Positions 8,020 through 19,188 are shown, counted from the first letter of the stretch. The stretch is DNA of 64,000 nucleotides from an uncultured Solibacteraceae bacterium (GCA_963792055.1 CAWBUV010000017.1:252283-316282), one strand, 5' to 3'. The notes: generated by a model from the letters alone, not told the origin. A program made the numbers and translations.

Positions 8020-10686
8020 TTAATTCCTCCGCCCTGCCAGCCGGCGATCCAGTTCCTCCCCGAAGTTCAGCAGAAACGTCGCATGCACCGTGCTGCTCTG
8101 CGGCGAGACGTCGCCGGGTGCAACGCCGGTCAACACCCGCTTGCCGTCTGGCGCAAGTTCGAATGTAGCGCGCCCGATGTTGGAGGCAATTCTTGTCTCG
8201 CTCCAAAGCCGCGGCCTTCCTGCGGAAAACACGCCACCTTTGATCTGATAGTCCACCGCCATGATATGGCCATCATCGGTCGCATAGAGGATCTGTTGCG
8301 CGGACGGCGACCACCGGGGATGGTATCCGCTGCCGCCTGAAATTTGCGAACGTGTGCCCGGTCCGGGGAATGGTCTTACATAGGCTTCCCATGCTCCGCT
8401 GTCGTTGGACGCGTAGGCAACCCATTGGCCATCTGGCGAAAAGGTGACATGGGTTTCTGTGCCGGGCGTCTGCAGGAAAGGCTCCGCAGCGCCGGGTTTG
8501 GGGTTTTCGGGATCGCTCTTGTCGATCGGCAGCGTCCAGATGTCCTCCATGCTTCCCGCCGTCGAGATCTGCGTATAGCCGATCCGGCGCCCATCCGGTG
8601 AAATAGACGAGGGTATGATTGGAAGCTTGGCCTCCAGTAGTGTACGCACCTGCCCACCGCCGTCAAAGCGCGCCCACGATAGCCCATAACCATCTTTCAC
8701 CAGCGATCGGAACGCCAAATGCCGCGAGTCGGGTGCCCACACCGGATAAGAGTGCCCGCGACCGTCGGTAGTCACCGAGACAAGCATTTCTCGTGTTGTA
8801 TCCCACACTTTGATGTCGCTGGTATCGATTCCGCCGGACGTGAAGGCGACAAGTTTTCCGTCCGGGGAGATTGAACTATCGGAGGTGCCTCCTGGAAAAG
8901 GCAAGGGGCTGACATCCCCTTTAGCGTCCAACCAAACCAGACGCGCGCTTACCTCGGCCGCGTTTCCACTCATGTAAGCGAACAGCAGCCCGCTCACAGA
9001 GGTCCCACCAAAGCTGTACCGCCCCGCGGCGCTGATTACGTTAGCGGCGACGTTCTCTAAAACGCGAACAGGCTGACCCTTCTCCTCCAACCGATCCGGG
9101 TCGAAAGCGGTCGCAAAGAGGACACCATCGTGGACGTACAGGAGCTTGCCCGGCGCGAGGTAGCGGCTAGCGAAGCCGCCGCGATGCACAGCCTTGATCT
9201 TCCCGCCACTAGCGTCGAGAACGTCGATTTCGGAATCGTTGAGTCCCCAGGTGGCCTTGTTCGCAGTGAAGAGAACGGCGCGGCTGCCCGGTAGCACAGC
9301 GGGCCAACGGTGCGTCGCTTGACCAGTCGATGTCGGGTTTGTCAGCGTCTGCACCGTCCCACCATTTTCGGAGACTCGCGACAGAGGGCCTGCCGGATTC
9401 CCGGCGAACACGATTTGGCCATCGTCGCCCCACGACCCACCGCGCGGATTGGCGCTGACATCGGCGAGCGCGATCGGAGCGCCGCCGTGGACCGAGACCT
9501 TCTTCAACTTTCCATCGGCAAAGAATCCGATCCACTCGCCACTCGGCGAAAAGAACGGCTCCTGGCCACCTTCTGTACCTCTCAGAAGATCCGCCCTTTG
9601 TTGATCCAGCGCGCGCAGTTCGAGGGTCGATTTTCCTTCCGCCGAGCGCGCCGTAAACACGAATCGGCGGGCGTCGGGCGAAATCGCGATCACGTCCAGC
9701 GCCGCTGCCACCGCCTCAGGCCCGAGGTCCACGCTGAATTGCATGAATGGCCGGTCGGCCGCGCCCGACGTTCTCCATGCGACTATTCCAGCTGCCGCTG
9801 CGGCCGTGGCCGCAATCATCGTCGCCGCGATCCAAGGCCAAACGCGGCGCGTCATGACTGGCACTGCTGCCGCCGCGGGCATCTCATCCAGCAACAGGCG
9901 CGCACCCGAAATATCGCGGAGCCGCGCACGAGGGTCGCGCGTCAGGCACAGACGCAGAAGCTTGCGAAAGCGGGCGGGGACAGGGCTCATGTCCGGATCC
10001 TGCCGCAACACAGACGCCAGCACATCGCTAACCGACTCACCGTCGAATAGAGCCTTGCCCGTCAGCAACTCGTACACCACGACGCCGAAGCTCCAGATAT
10101 CCGCGCGCTTATCGACATTTTGCCCGCGCGCTTGTTCGGGCGCCATGTACGCAGCCGTGCCCATGATCACGCCCGCCATCGTCGCGCGCATCGTAAGCGT
10201 GGGCAAATCGGCGCGGTCAGACGCGTTTACGGCGTCGGACGACAATGCCTTGGCCAGGCCAAAATCGAGCACCTTCACGCGCCCCTCCGGGGTGAGCTTG
10301 ATGTTCGCCGGCTTGAGGTCGCGATGGACGATGCCCTTTTCGTGCGCGTACTCGAGCGCATCGATCAACTGGTGAACAATGGGCAACGCTTCTTCCTCCG
10401 TCAGCGGGCCGGAAAGCGTCGAGCCTCCAACTAACTCCATCACCAGCGCACGCTCTTCGACTCCATGAATGACTGCGATGTTCGGGTGATTGAGTGACGC
10501 AAGCACTTGCGCCTCACGGCTGAATCGAGCGAGACGATCGGGGTCCTTGGCGAAAACGTCGGGCAGAACCTTAATGGCGACCTCGCGCTGGAGCTTGGTG
10601 TCGGTCGCACGATAGACCGCACCCATGCCGCCTTCGCCCAGCTTGCCGGAGATGCGATAGTGAGCGATGGAACTGATCGGACTCAT
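8020..10686 (-). CDS. Ser/Thr protein kinase fused to TolB-like (PD40) beta-propeller
   Basis: Intact 888-aa ORF. Hanks motifs GEGGMGAVYRA, AIK, HRDLKPANI, DFGLAK, APE. One TM segment (WIAATMIAATAAAAAGIVAW). Repeated 'SPDG...' propeller blades follow. Confidence 0.9.
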   Translation of the reverse strand: MSPISSIAHYRISGKLGEGGMGAVYRATDTKLQREVAIKVLPDVFAKDPDRLARFSREAQVLASLNHPNIAVIHGVEERALVMELVGGSTLSGPLTEEEALPIVHQLIDALEYAHEKGIVHRDLKPANIKLTPEGRVKVLDFGLAKALSSDAVNASDRADLPTLTMRATMAGVIMGTAAYMAPEQARGQNVDKRADIWSFGVVVYELLTGKALFDGESVSDVLASVLRQDPDMSPVPARFRKLLRLCLTRDPRARLRDISGARLLLDEMPAAAAVPVMTRRVWPWIAATMIAATAAAAAGIVAWRTSGAADRPFMQFSVDLGPEAVAAALDVIAISPDARRFVFTARSAEGKSTLELRALDQQRADLLRGTEGGQEPFFSPSGEWIGFFADGKLKKVSVHGGAPIALADVSANPRGGSWGDDGQIVFAGNPAGPLSRVSENGGTVQTLTNPTSTGQATHRWPAVLPGSRAVLFTANKATWGLNDSEIDVLDASGGKIKAVHRGGFASRYLAPGKLLYVHDGVLFATAFDPDRLEEKGQPVRVLENVAANVISAAGRYSFGGTSVSGLLFAYMSGNAAEVSARLVWLDAKGDVSPLPFPGGTSDSSISPDGKLVAFTSGGIDTSDIKVWDTTREMLVSVTTDGRGHSYPVWAPDSRHLAFRSLVKDGYGLSWARFDGGGQVRTLLEAKLPIIPSSISPDGRRIGYTQISTAGSMEDIWTLPIDKSDPENPKPGAAEPFLQTPGTETHVTFSPDGQWVAYASNDSGAWEAYVRPFPGPGTRSQISGGSGYHPRWSPSAQQILYATDDGHIMAVDYQIKGGVFSAGRPRLWSETRIASNIGRATFELAPDGKRVLTGVAPGDVSPQSSTVHATFLLNFGEELDRRLAGRRN

Positions 10687-10881
10687 AGGCCGGATTGCAA
10701 TCGTATCATTCTTCAGACCTATCCTGGATTGATACGTCTGTGTGCCGAGGTAAACGCGGTTGTATCAGGCTAACACCCCGGTTGTCGGCAACCCGGACGT
10801 TGAACGTCCGGGTACAGGTCACTTCCCAGTCATGGTGCGTCACCCGTCCGGAAAGTGATACGATGCCTGAATCCATTCTTC

Positions 10882-13452
10882 ATGGGGCCTCAAACGACGA
10901 TAGCTCATTACCGCATCACGGCCAAGCTGGGTGAAGGCGGAATGGGCGCGGTATATCGGGCGACGGATACCAAGCTGCAACGAGACGTCGCAATCAAGAT
11001 CCTACCGGAGTCCGTGGCGGAAGATCGCGACCGAATGGCGCGGTTCCAGCGCGAGGCGTACGTGCTGGCGTCACTGAATCACCCGAATATCGCGGCAATC
11101 TACGGCGTTGAAGAGCGGGCATTGGTACTCGAACTGGTTGATGGCCTCGAGCCGAAAGGGCCTCTTTCCGAACCCGAAGCGCTCGCGCTGATCCATCAAC
11201 TCATCGACGCGCTCGAATATGCGCATGAAAAAGGCGTGGTCCACCGCGACCTCAAGCCAGCCAACCTCAAGGTCACGCCCGATGGACGGCTAAAGGTTCT
11301 CGACTTTGGACTTGCGAAGGCCGTGTCGGAAGAAGCTGTACCGCCGGGTAACGCGACGATATCGCCGACGCTCACGATTGGCGCGACGCTGACGGGCGTC
11401 ATTATGGGAACCGCAGCCTATATGTCGCCGGAGCAGGCACGAGGCAGCGCTATTGACCGGCGCGCCGATATCTGGTCTTTCGGCGTCGTCGTGCACGAAC
11501 TCCTGGTCGGGAAGAGTCTGTTCGAAGCGTCAACCATCAGCGACACGATCGCAGCAGTTCTGACGCGAGATCCCAATATCGAGAGCGTGCCGCCCCGCTT
11601 TCGACGCCTGATACGAACGTGTTTGCAGCGAGATCCGCGGCTTCGACTCCGAGACATCAGCGGGGCGCGCATTTTGTTGGAGGAAGCCGAACCCGCGCCC
11701 AAGGCACGATCGGGCGCGATGGGGTGGCTTGGCTGGATTGCTGCAGCGTTGTTCTTTGCCGCAGCGGCGCGGCTTGCGTTCACGCACTTTCGCGAGACCG
11801 AACCCGATTCTATAATCACGCGGACGTTGATCCCGGCACCCGAGAAGGCCACGTTCAACTTCAGTGGCGGATTGGCTACAACTGCGCCACTTGCTCTTTC
11901 ACCCGACGGGCGCCGATTGATCTTCGGCGCCAAGGGGGCCGATGGTAAGACTCAACTCTGGCTGCGTTCGCTCGAATCAGTGACAGCCCAGCCGGTGGCG
12001 GGAACGGAAGACGCGATTCATCCCTTCTGGTCGCCCGATAGCCGCTTCATTGGCTTCTTTGCGGGTGGAAAGCTCAAAAGGATCGATCCGGCGGGTGGTC
12101 CTCCGGTGACGCTCTGCGATGCCGTCAGCGGCCGCGGCGGAACCTGGAATGAGTCTGGTGTGATCGTCTTCGCCCCAAGCGGAGGTAAGACCGAGCTACG
12201 TCGCGTATCCGCGGCAGGAGGTCCTTCGGTTGCGCTGGAACTCGATGAAAGTGGCCGCTGGCCGTGGTTCCTACCGGATGGCCGCCATTTCCTATTCTCC
12301 TCTTTCGGCGCAATCCGGTTAGGAACGCTCGATTCCAAGCAGACGAGGGCTCTGGTGGAGACCGTGTCGGACGCAATCTATGCGGAAGGACGACTCCTAT
12401 TCCTTCGGGACGATACACTGATGGCGCAGCCGTTCAATCTCCAGCAATTGGCGCTGAGCAGCGAGCCGGTGCCGATTGCCGAAGACGTCCGCAGCGTGGG
12501 AGCGCAGCGGCGTGGGATCTTCTCAGCGTCACGGCACGGCCTACTGGTATACCAGGCCGGTGTTTCTGGCGGGAGCCACGCATTGACCTGGATCGATCGG
12601 GCGGGGAAGAAACTTGGGACCATGGGAGAACCCGCCGACCTGATGTCTGTTGCCCTTTCGCCCGATGGGAAGCGGGCGGCAACATCGGTTCTGGATCCGG
12701 CGACTCACTCCTACGACATCTGGATCTATGACATCGGGCGCGACCGGCCGACTCGATTCACATTCGACCGTTCGCGCGGTTTCATGCCCGCCATCTGGTC
12801 TCCCGATGGGTCCAGCGTGGCCTTCGTTTGGCCAGCTCGTCAGGGCACATTCGGACTGTACCTCAAGGCAGCCGATCTATCTGGCAGGGAAGAACTCCTT
12901 CACACCGAGAAGTTCGCCATGCTCCCAATAACCTGGCCCTCTGGAGGGCAGGAAATCTTTCTGGGTGGATGGGGCATCGACAGCAGAAACGCAATTCTCG
13001 CCGTTCCCCTGGCAGACGTATCGAAGGTGGTGCGGGTTGTAAACGACAACATCACATCGCCGCGCATCTCGCCGAACGGACGTTCGGTCGTCTATTCATC
13101 CTTCGAATCGTCCCGTTCGGAGGTATACGTGAGAAGTTATCCGGAAGGCGCGGGCAAGATTCAAGTTTCCGTTAATGGGGGGATGCAACCGCGCTGGAGT
13201 CATGACGGAAAAGAGGTTTTCTACATCGCGCCCGACGGAACGCTCACCGCGGCCAAGGTCGAGGTAAACGGATCCAAGATGCAGATTGGCCGCGTTCAGC
13301 CGCTGTTTGGAGGACTGTCCGCGAGTAACACAGGCGCGATCCCCTATGATGTCGCGCCGGACGGCAAGCGGTTTCTCGTGGATATAAAAATGGCGCCTGC
13401 TGCCGCCGAAGCGTTGGTCGTTGTGCACAACTGGCGATCCGCACTTCCGTAG
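10882..13452 (+). CDS. Ser/Thr protein kinase fused to TolB-like (PD40) beta-propeller (paralogue of 8020..10686)
   Basis: Intact ORF; the track starts at GTG 10855 and the first ATG is 10882 (MGPQTTIAHYRI...). It has the same kinase motifs, TM segment and 'SPDG' blades as the divergent neighbour. Confidence 0.9.
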   Translation: MGPQTTIAHYRITAKLGEGGMGAVYRATDTKLQRDVAIKILPESVAEDRDRMARFQREAYVLASLNHPNIAAIYGVEERALVLELVDGLEPKGPLSEPEALALIHQLIDALEYAHEKGVVHRDLKPANLKVTPDGRLKVLDFGLAKAVSEEAVPPGNATISPTLTIGATLTGVIMGTAAYMSPEQARGSAIDRRADIWSFGVVVHELLVGKSLFEASTISDTIAAVLTRDPNIESVPPRFRRLIRTCLQRDPRLRLRDISGARILLEEAEPAPKARSGAMGWLGWIAAALFFAAAARLAFTHFRETEPDSIITRTLIPAPEKATFNFSGGLATTAPLALSPDGRRLIFGAKGADGKTQLWLRSLESVTAQPVAGTEDAIHPFWSPDSRFIGFFAGGKLKRIDPAGGPPVTLCDAVSGRGGTWNESGVIVFAPSGGKTELRRVSAAGGPSVALELDESGRWPWFLPDGRHFLFSSFGAIRLGTLDSKQTRALVETVSDAIYAEGRLLFLRDDTLMAQPFNLQQLALSSEPVPIAEDVRSVGAQRRGIFSASRHGLLVYQAGVSGGSHALTWIDRAGKKLGTMGEPADLMSVALSPDGKRAATSVLDPATHSYDIWIYDIGRDRPTRFTFDRSRGFMPAIWSPDGSSVAFVWPARQGTFGLYLKAADLSGREELLHTEKFAMLPITWPSGGQEIFLGGWGIDSRNAILAVPLADVSKVVRVVNDNITSPRISPNGRSVVYSSFESSRSEVYVRSYPEGAGKIQVSVNGGMQPRWSHDGKEVFYIAPDGTLTAAKVEVNGSKMQIGRVQPLFGGLSASNTGAIPYDVAPDGKRFLVDIKMAPAAAEALVVVHNWRSALP

Positions 13453-13611
13453 GCCCGCAATTGGTGCATGTGGTGATGGCCTTTGAGCTCTTCGAAAAGA
13501 TTCGCGGCGCCAAGCGTTGCCGCCAAGGGCGGGAGTCCCGCGTTTGGACTCCACTTGGACTCCAGAATGCCGCATTCAGACGGACTACCGTCCGTAAGTC
13601 TTAGAGGAATT

Positions 13612-13689
13612 TGGTCGGGCTGCCGAGATTTGAACTCGGGACCTCTTGCACCCCAAGCAAGCGCGCTAGCCAGGCTGCGCCACAGCCCG
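13612..13689 (-). tRNA. tRNA-Pro (anticodon GGG), CCA encoded
   Basis: Reverse complement CGGGCTGTGGCGCAGCCTGGCTAGCGCGCTTGCTTGGGGTGCAAGAGGTCCCGAGTTCAAATCTCGGCAGCCCGACCA folds by hand into a cloverleaf. Acceptor stem is 7 bp and D stem is GCGC/GCGC. Anticodon stem is CTTGC/GCAAG with loop TTGGGGT. T stem is CCGAG/CTCGG with loop TTCAAAT. Confidence 0.9.
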
Positions 13690-13784
13690 ATCCGGTTGGA
13701 AGAGACACCCAGAGCATCTTTGCCGCACTTCAATTTGGGGTATGCGGCGAATGCTTGCTGAGCCTCTCTGAGTTTATCACGGAA

Positions 13785-16700
13785 TCAAAACCGAAAACGC
13801 ACCGTTGCCTGCAGCGATCTGGGACCGCCGGTCTGCAGGATCGGGCGACAGTCCGCTGCCCGGACTGCCGGTGCCGAGCATCAGGTTCAGCATCGAGGTG
13901 GATTGGCCGAATACGGCGCTGCTCAGGAACCGCACCGGGTCGGCGAAATTCGCCTGGTTCAGCACGTTGAAGGCCTCCAGCCGCAGTTGAACCACTTTGC
14001 GCTCCCGCAAGCGAAATTCGCGCCGCAGCGCCAGATCCACTTGTCCCATGCCAAAGCCCGGGATCGAGTTGCGGCCCAGCGAACCCTGCGTGCCGTCCGG
14101 TGCGGCCTGAAACGCCGCGCGATTCAATCGCCTGCCGCCGGGCGCGGAGGCGTCGTCGATCCAGATGGGCTGACCGAGAATTCGGTCGGGGCGGAAAGCG
14201 TTGGCTAGCGCGATGCCCTGGTATTGTTCGTTCACCATCACCGAGATCGGAAAGCCGCTGCGCGCCCGCACCAGCGAATCGATCGCCCAACCGCCCAGCC
14301 ACCGCGACCATGCCGGTGGAGCGTGAAGGAAGTTCGTAGGTCACGCGCGGCGGTCAGCGGAGTGGCGCAGGTCGAAATCGCTGGAGGCGCGATCGAGCGC
14401 CGCGCTGAACCGGCGCCGGCCCACAGCAGGAACGCATCGCTCGAATCGTTATCCAGCGAGTGCGACCAGGAGTAGGACACCAGCGCCTGCAGGCCTTGCA
14501 GCACCTTGCGGCGGTATTGCAGCTGCAAGCCGTGGTATTCGGAAACGCCGTTATTGGTGGTGAGCGCGAACAGCGCCGTCGGCGTGTTGCCCGGACCCCC
14601 CGACTTCGCGCCGGAACAGGCGGCGTCCCGTGGACCCGACATAGCCCACCGAGAGCATGTCGTGCGCGCCCAGCGCCTGGTCCAGAGTGAAATTCCACTC
14701 GCGTCAGGCGCGGCAGTTGCAGATTGGGCGCGAAGGCGTAGCTCAGCAGCGACGAGACGAAGCCGTGGATGCCGTTGGTGAACTGCGTGATGTTGAACGG
14801 ACCGCTGTTGATCAGGTCGGTGGCGATGCTCAGGCTGGAATCGTAGAACAGGCCGCCGCCGGCGCGGAATACGGTGCGGCCGCTCTTGCGACGCGCCAGG
14901 CCGGCGCCCAGCCGCGGGGCGAAATTGTGCGTAGCGATACGGGCCAGAGTGGGCGGTTGTTGCGGTCGAAGAAGGTTCCGGTCTGCGGATCCAGAAAGAA
15001 CGTAGTCGGCGCGGCCTCCGGCGAGGGGTTGAATTCCCAGCGCAAGCCCGGCGTGATCACGAGCCGCGGCGAGATCTGCCAGGTGTCCTGCGCCCATAGC
15101 GAAAGCTCGGTCACCTCGGTCGCGGTGCTGAATTGCGGGCGAACTGCCGAGCCAGAGGTTGCTCTTATCGGTCAGCGAGGTGATGTCGTCGGCGATGGCG
15201 CTGAGCACGCCGGTGGCGTCGCGGCGGATCGGGCACCATGCGGCGGTAATCCACGCCGAAGCGCACGCGTGTGGGCGCCGCGCCTTCCAGGCGATCGGAT
15301 TCGACGAGTCTGGAACTGCCGCTGGCGGCGCGTGCCCTCGCGCCCGGTGACCACCTGGCCGACGCCGCCGATGGAAAAGCGCACCAGCGCGTTGCAGGTG
15401 CCGGCGGACGGGAAGAGGTAGGAGGTCATCGGCTCCAGGTCGCAGCCGGAAGGATTCGACTGCCCGGCGTGCGCCCAACTGGAGTCGCGCTTCGGCCTGG
15501 GATTCGTTGCCGCGCAAATCGATGGTCCAGTGCGTACCGGGGCGCAGGTTGAGACCCAGCGTCAGGCTCTGGAAACGCAGGTCCAGGCGATTGATCTGGG
15601 TGCTGCCGAATTCGTTGAAGGAGGGCGAATCGTTGTAGCGGGCGAAGAGAGTGGCGCGGGACGTAAGTGCATGGTCGACGCGCGCGAGGCCGCTATCGAG
15701 TTGCGAAGGCCGGACGTTGCGTCCGTTCCACGCGGCCAGACCGCTGCCCAAATCGGGGCCGTTGGCCTGCGGGTAAAGATCGAGGGCGGGCTGGACCCAG
15801 ATACGGCGCGCAGTCGCGGGTGGCCAGTCGGAGGGCACGGGCTGGCGGGAAACGTAGGAGCCGCGCAGCGTCATGTGCTGGTAGGAGAGGAAAAAGAAGG
15901 TGCGGTTGCGGCGGATCGGGCCGCCAAACGAAGGGGCGACATCGTGCAGGCGCAGGGGACCGCGGGGTTCGCCGGAGACGTTGGCGAACCAGTCGTTGGC
16001 GGCCAGAAGTTCGTGGCGGAAGCGGTAGACTGCGGAGCCGTGGAATTCGTTGGATCCGGAGCGGCTGGTGAGCGCCACATTGGCGCCCGGCAGGCGGCCG
16101 AGTTCGCTCATGGAGTTGGAGGTCTGCACGCGCAATTCGTCCACCGCCTCGACCGGGAGCAGGGAGTCCAGGCTGCCGAAGGCGCTCATCGCGGGCAGCA
16201 CGCCGCCGGTGGCCTGGGCGGGCAATCCGCCGGCGGTGACGCCGGTATTGGCGCTGGCGCCATCCACGGTGAAGTAGTTGGCGTTGGGCCGCTGGCCGTT
16301 GGCGGTGAACTGGCCGGCCTCGCCGCGGGTGGCCGGCGTGACGTTGGTGCCGGGAGAAAGTTCCAGCAGGCCCAGCACTCCGCGGCCATTGAGGGGCAGG
16401 CGCTGGATGTCTTCGCGGAAGACGCGCACTCCGATGGACGCCGTCCTCCTGGCCGGTGAGCGGCGCGCGTGCCTTCCACGGTGATGGTCTCCTGGACGGC
16501 GCCGACCCTGAGCGATGAAATCCACCTGGGCCGCTTCCAGATTCGGCCAGCTTGACGTTGAAGCGGATCATGGTGCGGAATCCGTCCTTGCGCACCGTGA
16601 CTTTGTAGGCGCCGGATTCGAGCGAGCCTACCGCATAGTCGCCTTCGGTGGCGGTCTGGGTGGTGCGGCGGAAACCGCTCTCCTGGTTGACGACCGTGAT

Positions 16701-16829
16701 GGCGGCCTCGGGCACGGCCGCCTGCGACGGGATCGAGCACGCGGCCGTGGATGTAGGCCGAGCGCTGGCCCATGCCGGCGGACTAAAAACGAGAAATGCG
16801 AGAAAAACGGCGACGCAGGGGCCCGGCAT
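13785..16829 (-). pseudogene. TonB-dependent receptor with CarboxypepD_reg-like N-domain; reading frame interrupted many times
   Basis: Homologue-like pieces are spread over all three minus frames. 15693..16829 gives the signal peptide plus 'AAITVVNQESGFRRTTQTATEGDYAVGSLESGAYKVTVRKDGF'. 14354..16525 gives 'FTANGQRPNANYFTVDGASAN...RTFFFLSYQ'. Further pieces are 14830..15114, 14238..14642 ('EYHGLQLQYRRKV...SYSWSHSLDN') and 13777..14271 ('LRLEAFNVLNQANF'). The terminal '...RSLQATVRFRF*' is in another frame and ends at TGA 13785-13787. Confidence 0.8.
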
Positions 16830-16843
16830 TCATTCTGAGGTGC

Positions 16844-18624
16844 CTAATGCGACAATCGTACGACAGAAGACGAGGGGATTGCCGGAGACGGATACCGAAT
16901 TTGGTGGAAATTGTACGGTCTACGCGGTCCGCGAGCAGGCGCTGGCACTGTTCGGCGCGGCTGGAGAGCTCAGCCAGAGCGACGAGCAACTGCGCCGGGT
17001 GCATTGGCCGGCGGCATTCTCCGCGGGCGCCACGCCCAGGATCACGGCGAGCAGGGTTTCGGCCCGGCGGGCGGACGTCAAGCAGTTCTTCGCTGGCGGC
17101 CTGCCAGGTGGCGGGCTCGCGGGCGAGCCTCGAGTCTGTGCCGTGCCGGGTGCCGATGCCCGGTCAGCACGGGGTTGACGGTGTTGGCGACGCGCTGCGC
17201 GTCTTTCGTAAGGCGGCCAGATGTTCGCGTGCCCAGTTTGCGCAGGGTGTGCCGGTCTTCGGCGGACATCTGGCTCTTCGGCCTCGGCGGAAAACTGTTG
17301 GGCCAGGCGGCGCAGGGCGTAAGCGCGCGTCATTGCGGAATCGGTCCAATCCAGAACGGAACAGCTGAAGCGCTCGAACTGCGGCCGGCCACCGAGGCGT
17401 TCTTCAATTCGCGCCGCGTACGTTGATTTTTCGGGGCCAGCCGCATCACGAGTTGCCGGCTCCGATTGAACCGGCGGTGTGCGCTTGCGGGGAAAGCGGG
17501 GTCGTCGAACCGCAGCGCCACATGGGGCAGGCGGTCCAAGCAGGCCGTGAATCTGTTGTTGACGTTGGGGTGTGATCCCGATGCCGGAGACCAGCACCTG
17601 CGCTGCCCTCGCGGCTGATTTCCAGAGGATCGCCCAGATCCGCACCCAACTGGTGCAGCGCGGAGACGACTTGGAGTTCCTCGGAGAAGGCGGAGGGTGC
17701 GGCAGTTTCGGCGGGGACGTTGATGAGGACCCGGCGGCACACCAGGTTGGCGAGGCATGCCGCCGGTGGTTCCAGCTACGGTGCTTGCGGGAGTTGTTTG
17801 CTGGTCGACCAATTCCGTCATTTCCACCCAGTCGCGATTGCGGAACTCGAAGCGGCCCTCGAGAGGCTCCAGATCGCGTGGAGCGGAGCTTGAGCGTGGC
17901 GCTCAGGAGTTCGCTATCCTGCGTGGTGGTTTTGATCTCGTAGGAATCCGGTTGGGACGCGACGGCGTCCTGAAAGCGCGGGAGTTGGGCGCGCCAGGCG
18001 GCAGTAGGCCTTCGGCGCTCAGCGGATCGTCCCAATCGTAGTGGGCGGCGTCGAACAGGCGTGCGATTTCGGTTTCGCGGGCGTGCTGGCTTGTAGCGCC
18101 ACACCGACGACGCGCGTCATCTGGCCGGTGCGCGTGGTGATGCGCAAGCGTTTGTGGGTGGCGCGCGCAGGACGGGCATTCCCGCGGCCGCCGACTGCCT
18201 TTTGCAGCAGGGCGGCCGCTTCCACCCGCGGAGTCTCGCGAAGTTGCCATACCAGGACGAAGCAGAGAGCCACAGCGACAGCGGCTCCGGACAGCGCCCA
18301 GCGCATGCCCGGATTCCGGCGCGGGGAGAAGAGCCGCGCCAACCGGACAAACAGAGACTGTGCAGCCAGTTCGGCTTCCACCAAGTCGAAATTCAGGCTG
18401 CCCCATTCGGCCGGCGGGAACGGCAGTCATGGGAGCCAGCACATCCTTCCGATACTCTCACGCATTCGGTAATAATTCCTTGTAATTCTTCGGCCTGCGC
18501 GCGGCATTGCCAGCACGCTTCGAGATGCGTGCGCACCTGGCGGGCCTTGCGGCCGGGCAGTTCGCCATCCAGGTAGCGCAGCAGGATGCCCGTCTTCGGG
18601 GTGGCGCAGATCGAGATTACTCAT
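16844..18624 (-). pseudogene. Anti-sigma factor (zf-HC2 type, single TM); frame interrupted, 3' end uncertain
   Basis: The ATG at 18624 overlaps the sigma-factor stop (GATGAGTAA). MSNLDLRHPEDG is followed, after a frame change, by 'ILLRYLDGELPGRKARQVRTHLEACWQCRAQAEELQ' (H-x3-C-x2-C). A TM segment 'WALSGAAVAVALCFVLVW' lies in ORF 18019..18384. Downstream pieces are in several frames. Candidate stops are at 16920, 16844 and 16783. Confidence 0.6.
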
Positions 18625-19188
18625 CGCGCACCTTCTTGAGCCGCACCATGGCGCGGCGCAGAAATTCCCCCACGGCACTGGCGCTGATTCCCAGCGTGGC
18701 CGCGATTTCCGGGTAGCGCAGGCCTTCCATGCGCAGAAACAGGCAGCGCCGCTGCTGTTCGCTCAGCCCTGCCACGGCGGAATGAAAGCGCGTCATGCGC
18801 TCGCGTTCCAGAAGTTCGCTTTCGGGAGTTTCGGCCTGGGTGGCGAGCTGGAGTCGCCCAATTCGGGGTTGAAGGGCTCTTCGGAATGCTGCCGGGCGCG
18901 GATTTTGAGGCCCAGATTGTGCGCCACGCGGAAGATCCAGGCGCGCGGGTTCTGAATCTCTTCCCCTTTGCGCAGAGTGGCATACAGGCGCAGAAAGACT
19001 TCCTGCGTGGCCTCCTGCGCCTGCGGCGGATACAAACCGAGGGTGAGCAGATAGCGGTAAACATCGTCCCTCGCCTCTTCGAACAGACGGGAGACCTGGT
19101 CCTGAAGAGACGTACCGGTTTGTTCCTGGCGTATCAAACCCACGAATTGTTCGTCGGACGCGAATGACGACATTCCCTCATACACCAA
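18617..19188 (-). pseudogene. ECF-type RNA polymerase sigma-70 factor; one frame change
   Basis: Region 2 is in ORF 18793..19188 ('DDVYRYLLTLG...EATQEVFLRLY...NPRAWIFRVAHN'). Region 4 is in another frame: 'ELLERERMTRFHSAVAGLSEQQRRCLFLRMEGLRYPEIAATLGISASAVGEFLRRAMVRLKKVRDE*' (my translation, TAA at 18617-18619). The start could be TTG 19188 or ATG 19173. Confidence 0.8.

Noticed and set aside
13453-13785. Genomic island integrated at tRNA-Pro
   Set aside because: There is no integrase, no direct repeat of the tRNA 3' end and no compositional shift next to the tRNA. Only a small GACGG/CCGTC hairpin lies downstream of it.
16920-18104. 394-aa minus-strand ORF, the longest in the anti-sigma region
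   Set aside because: It is extremely Arg/Pro-rich and low in complexity. The anti-sigma-like segments (zf-HC2, TM helix) lie in other frames, so this ORF is mostly an out-of-frame read-through of a frame-broken gene.
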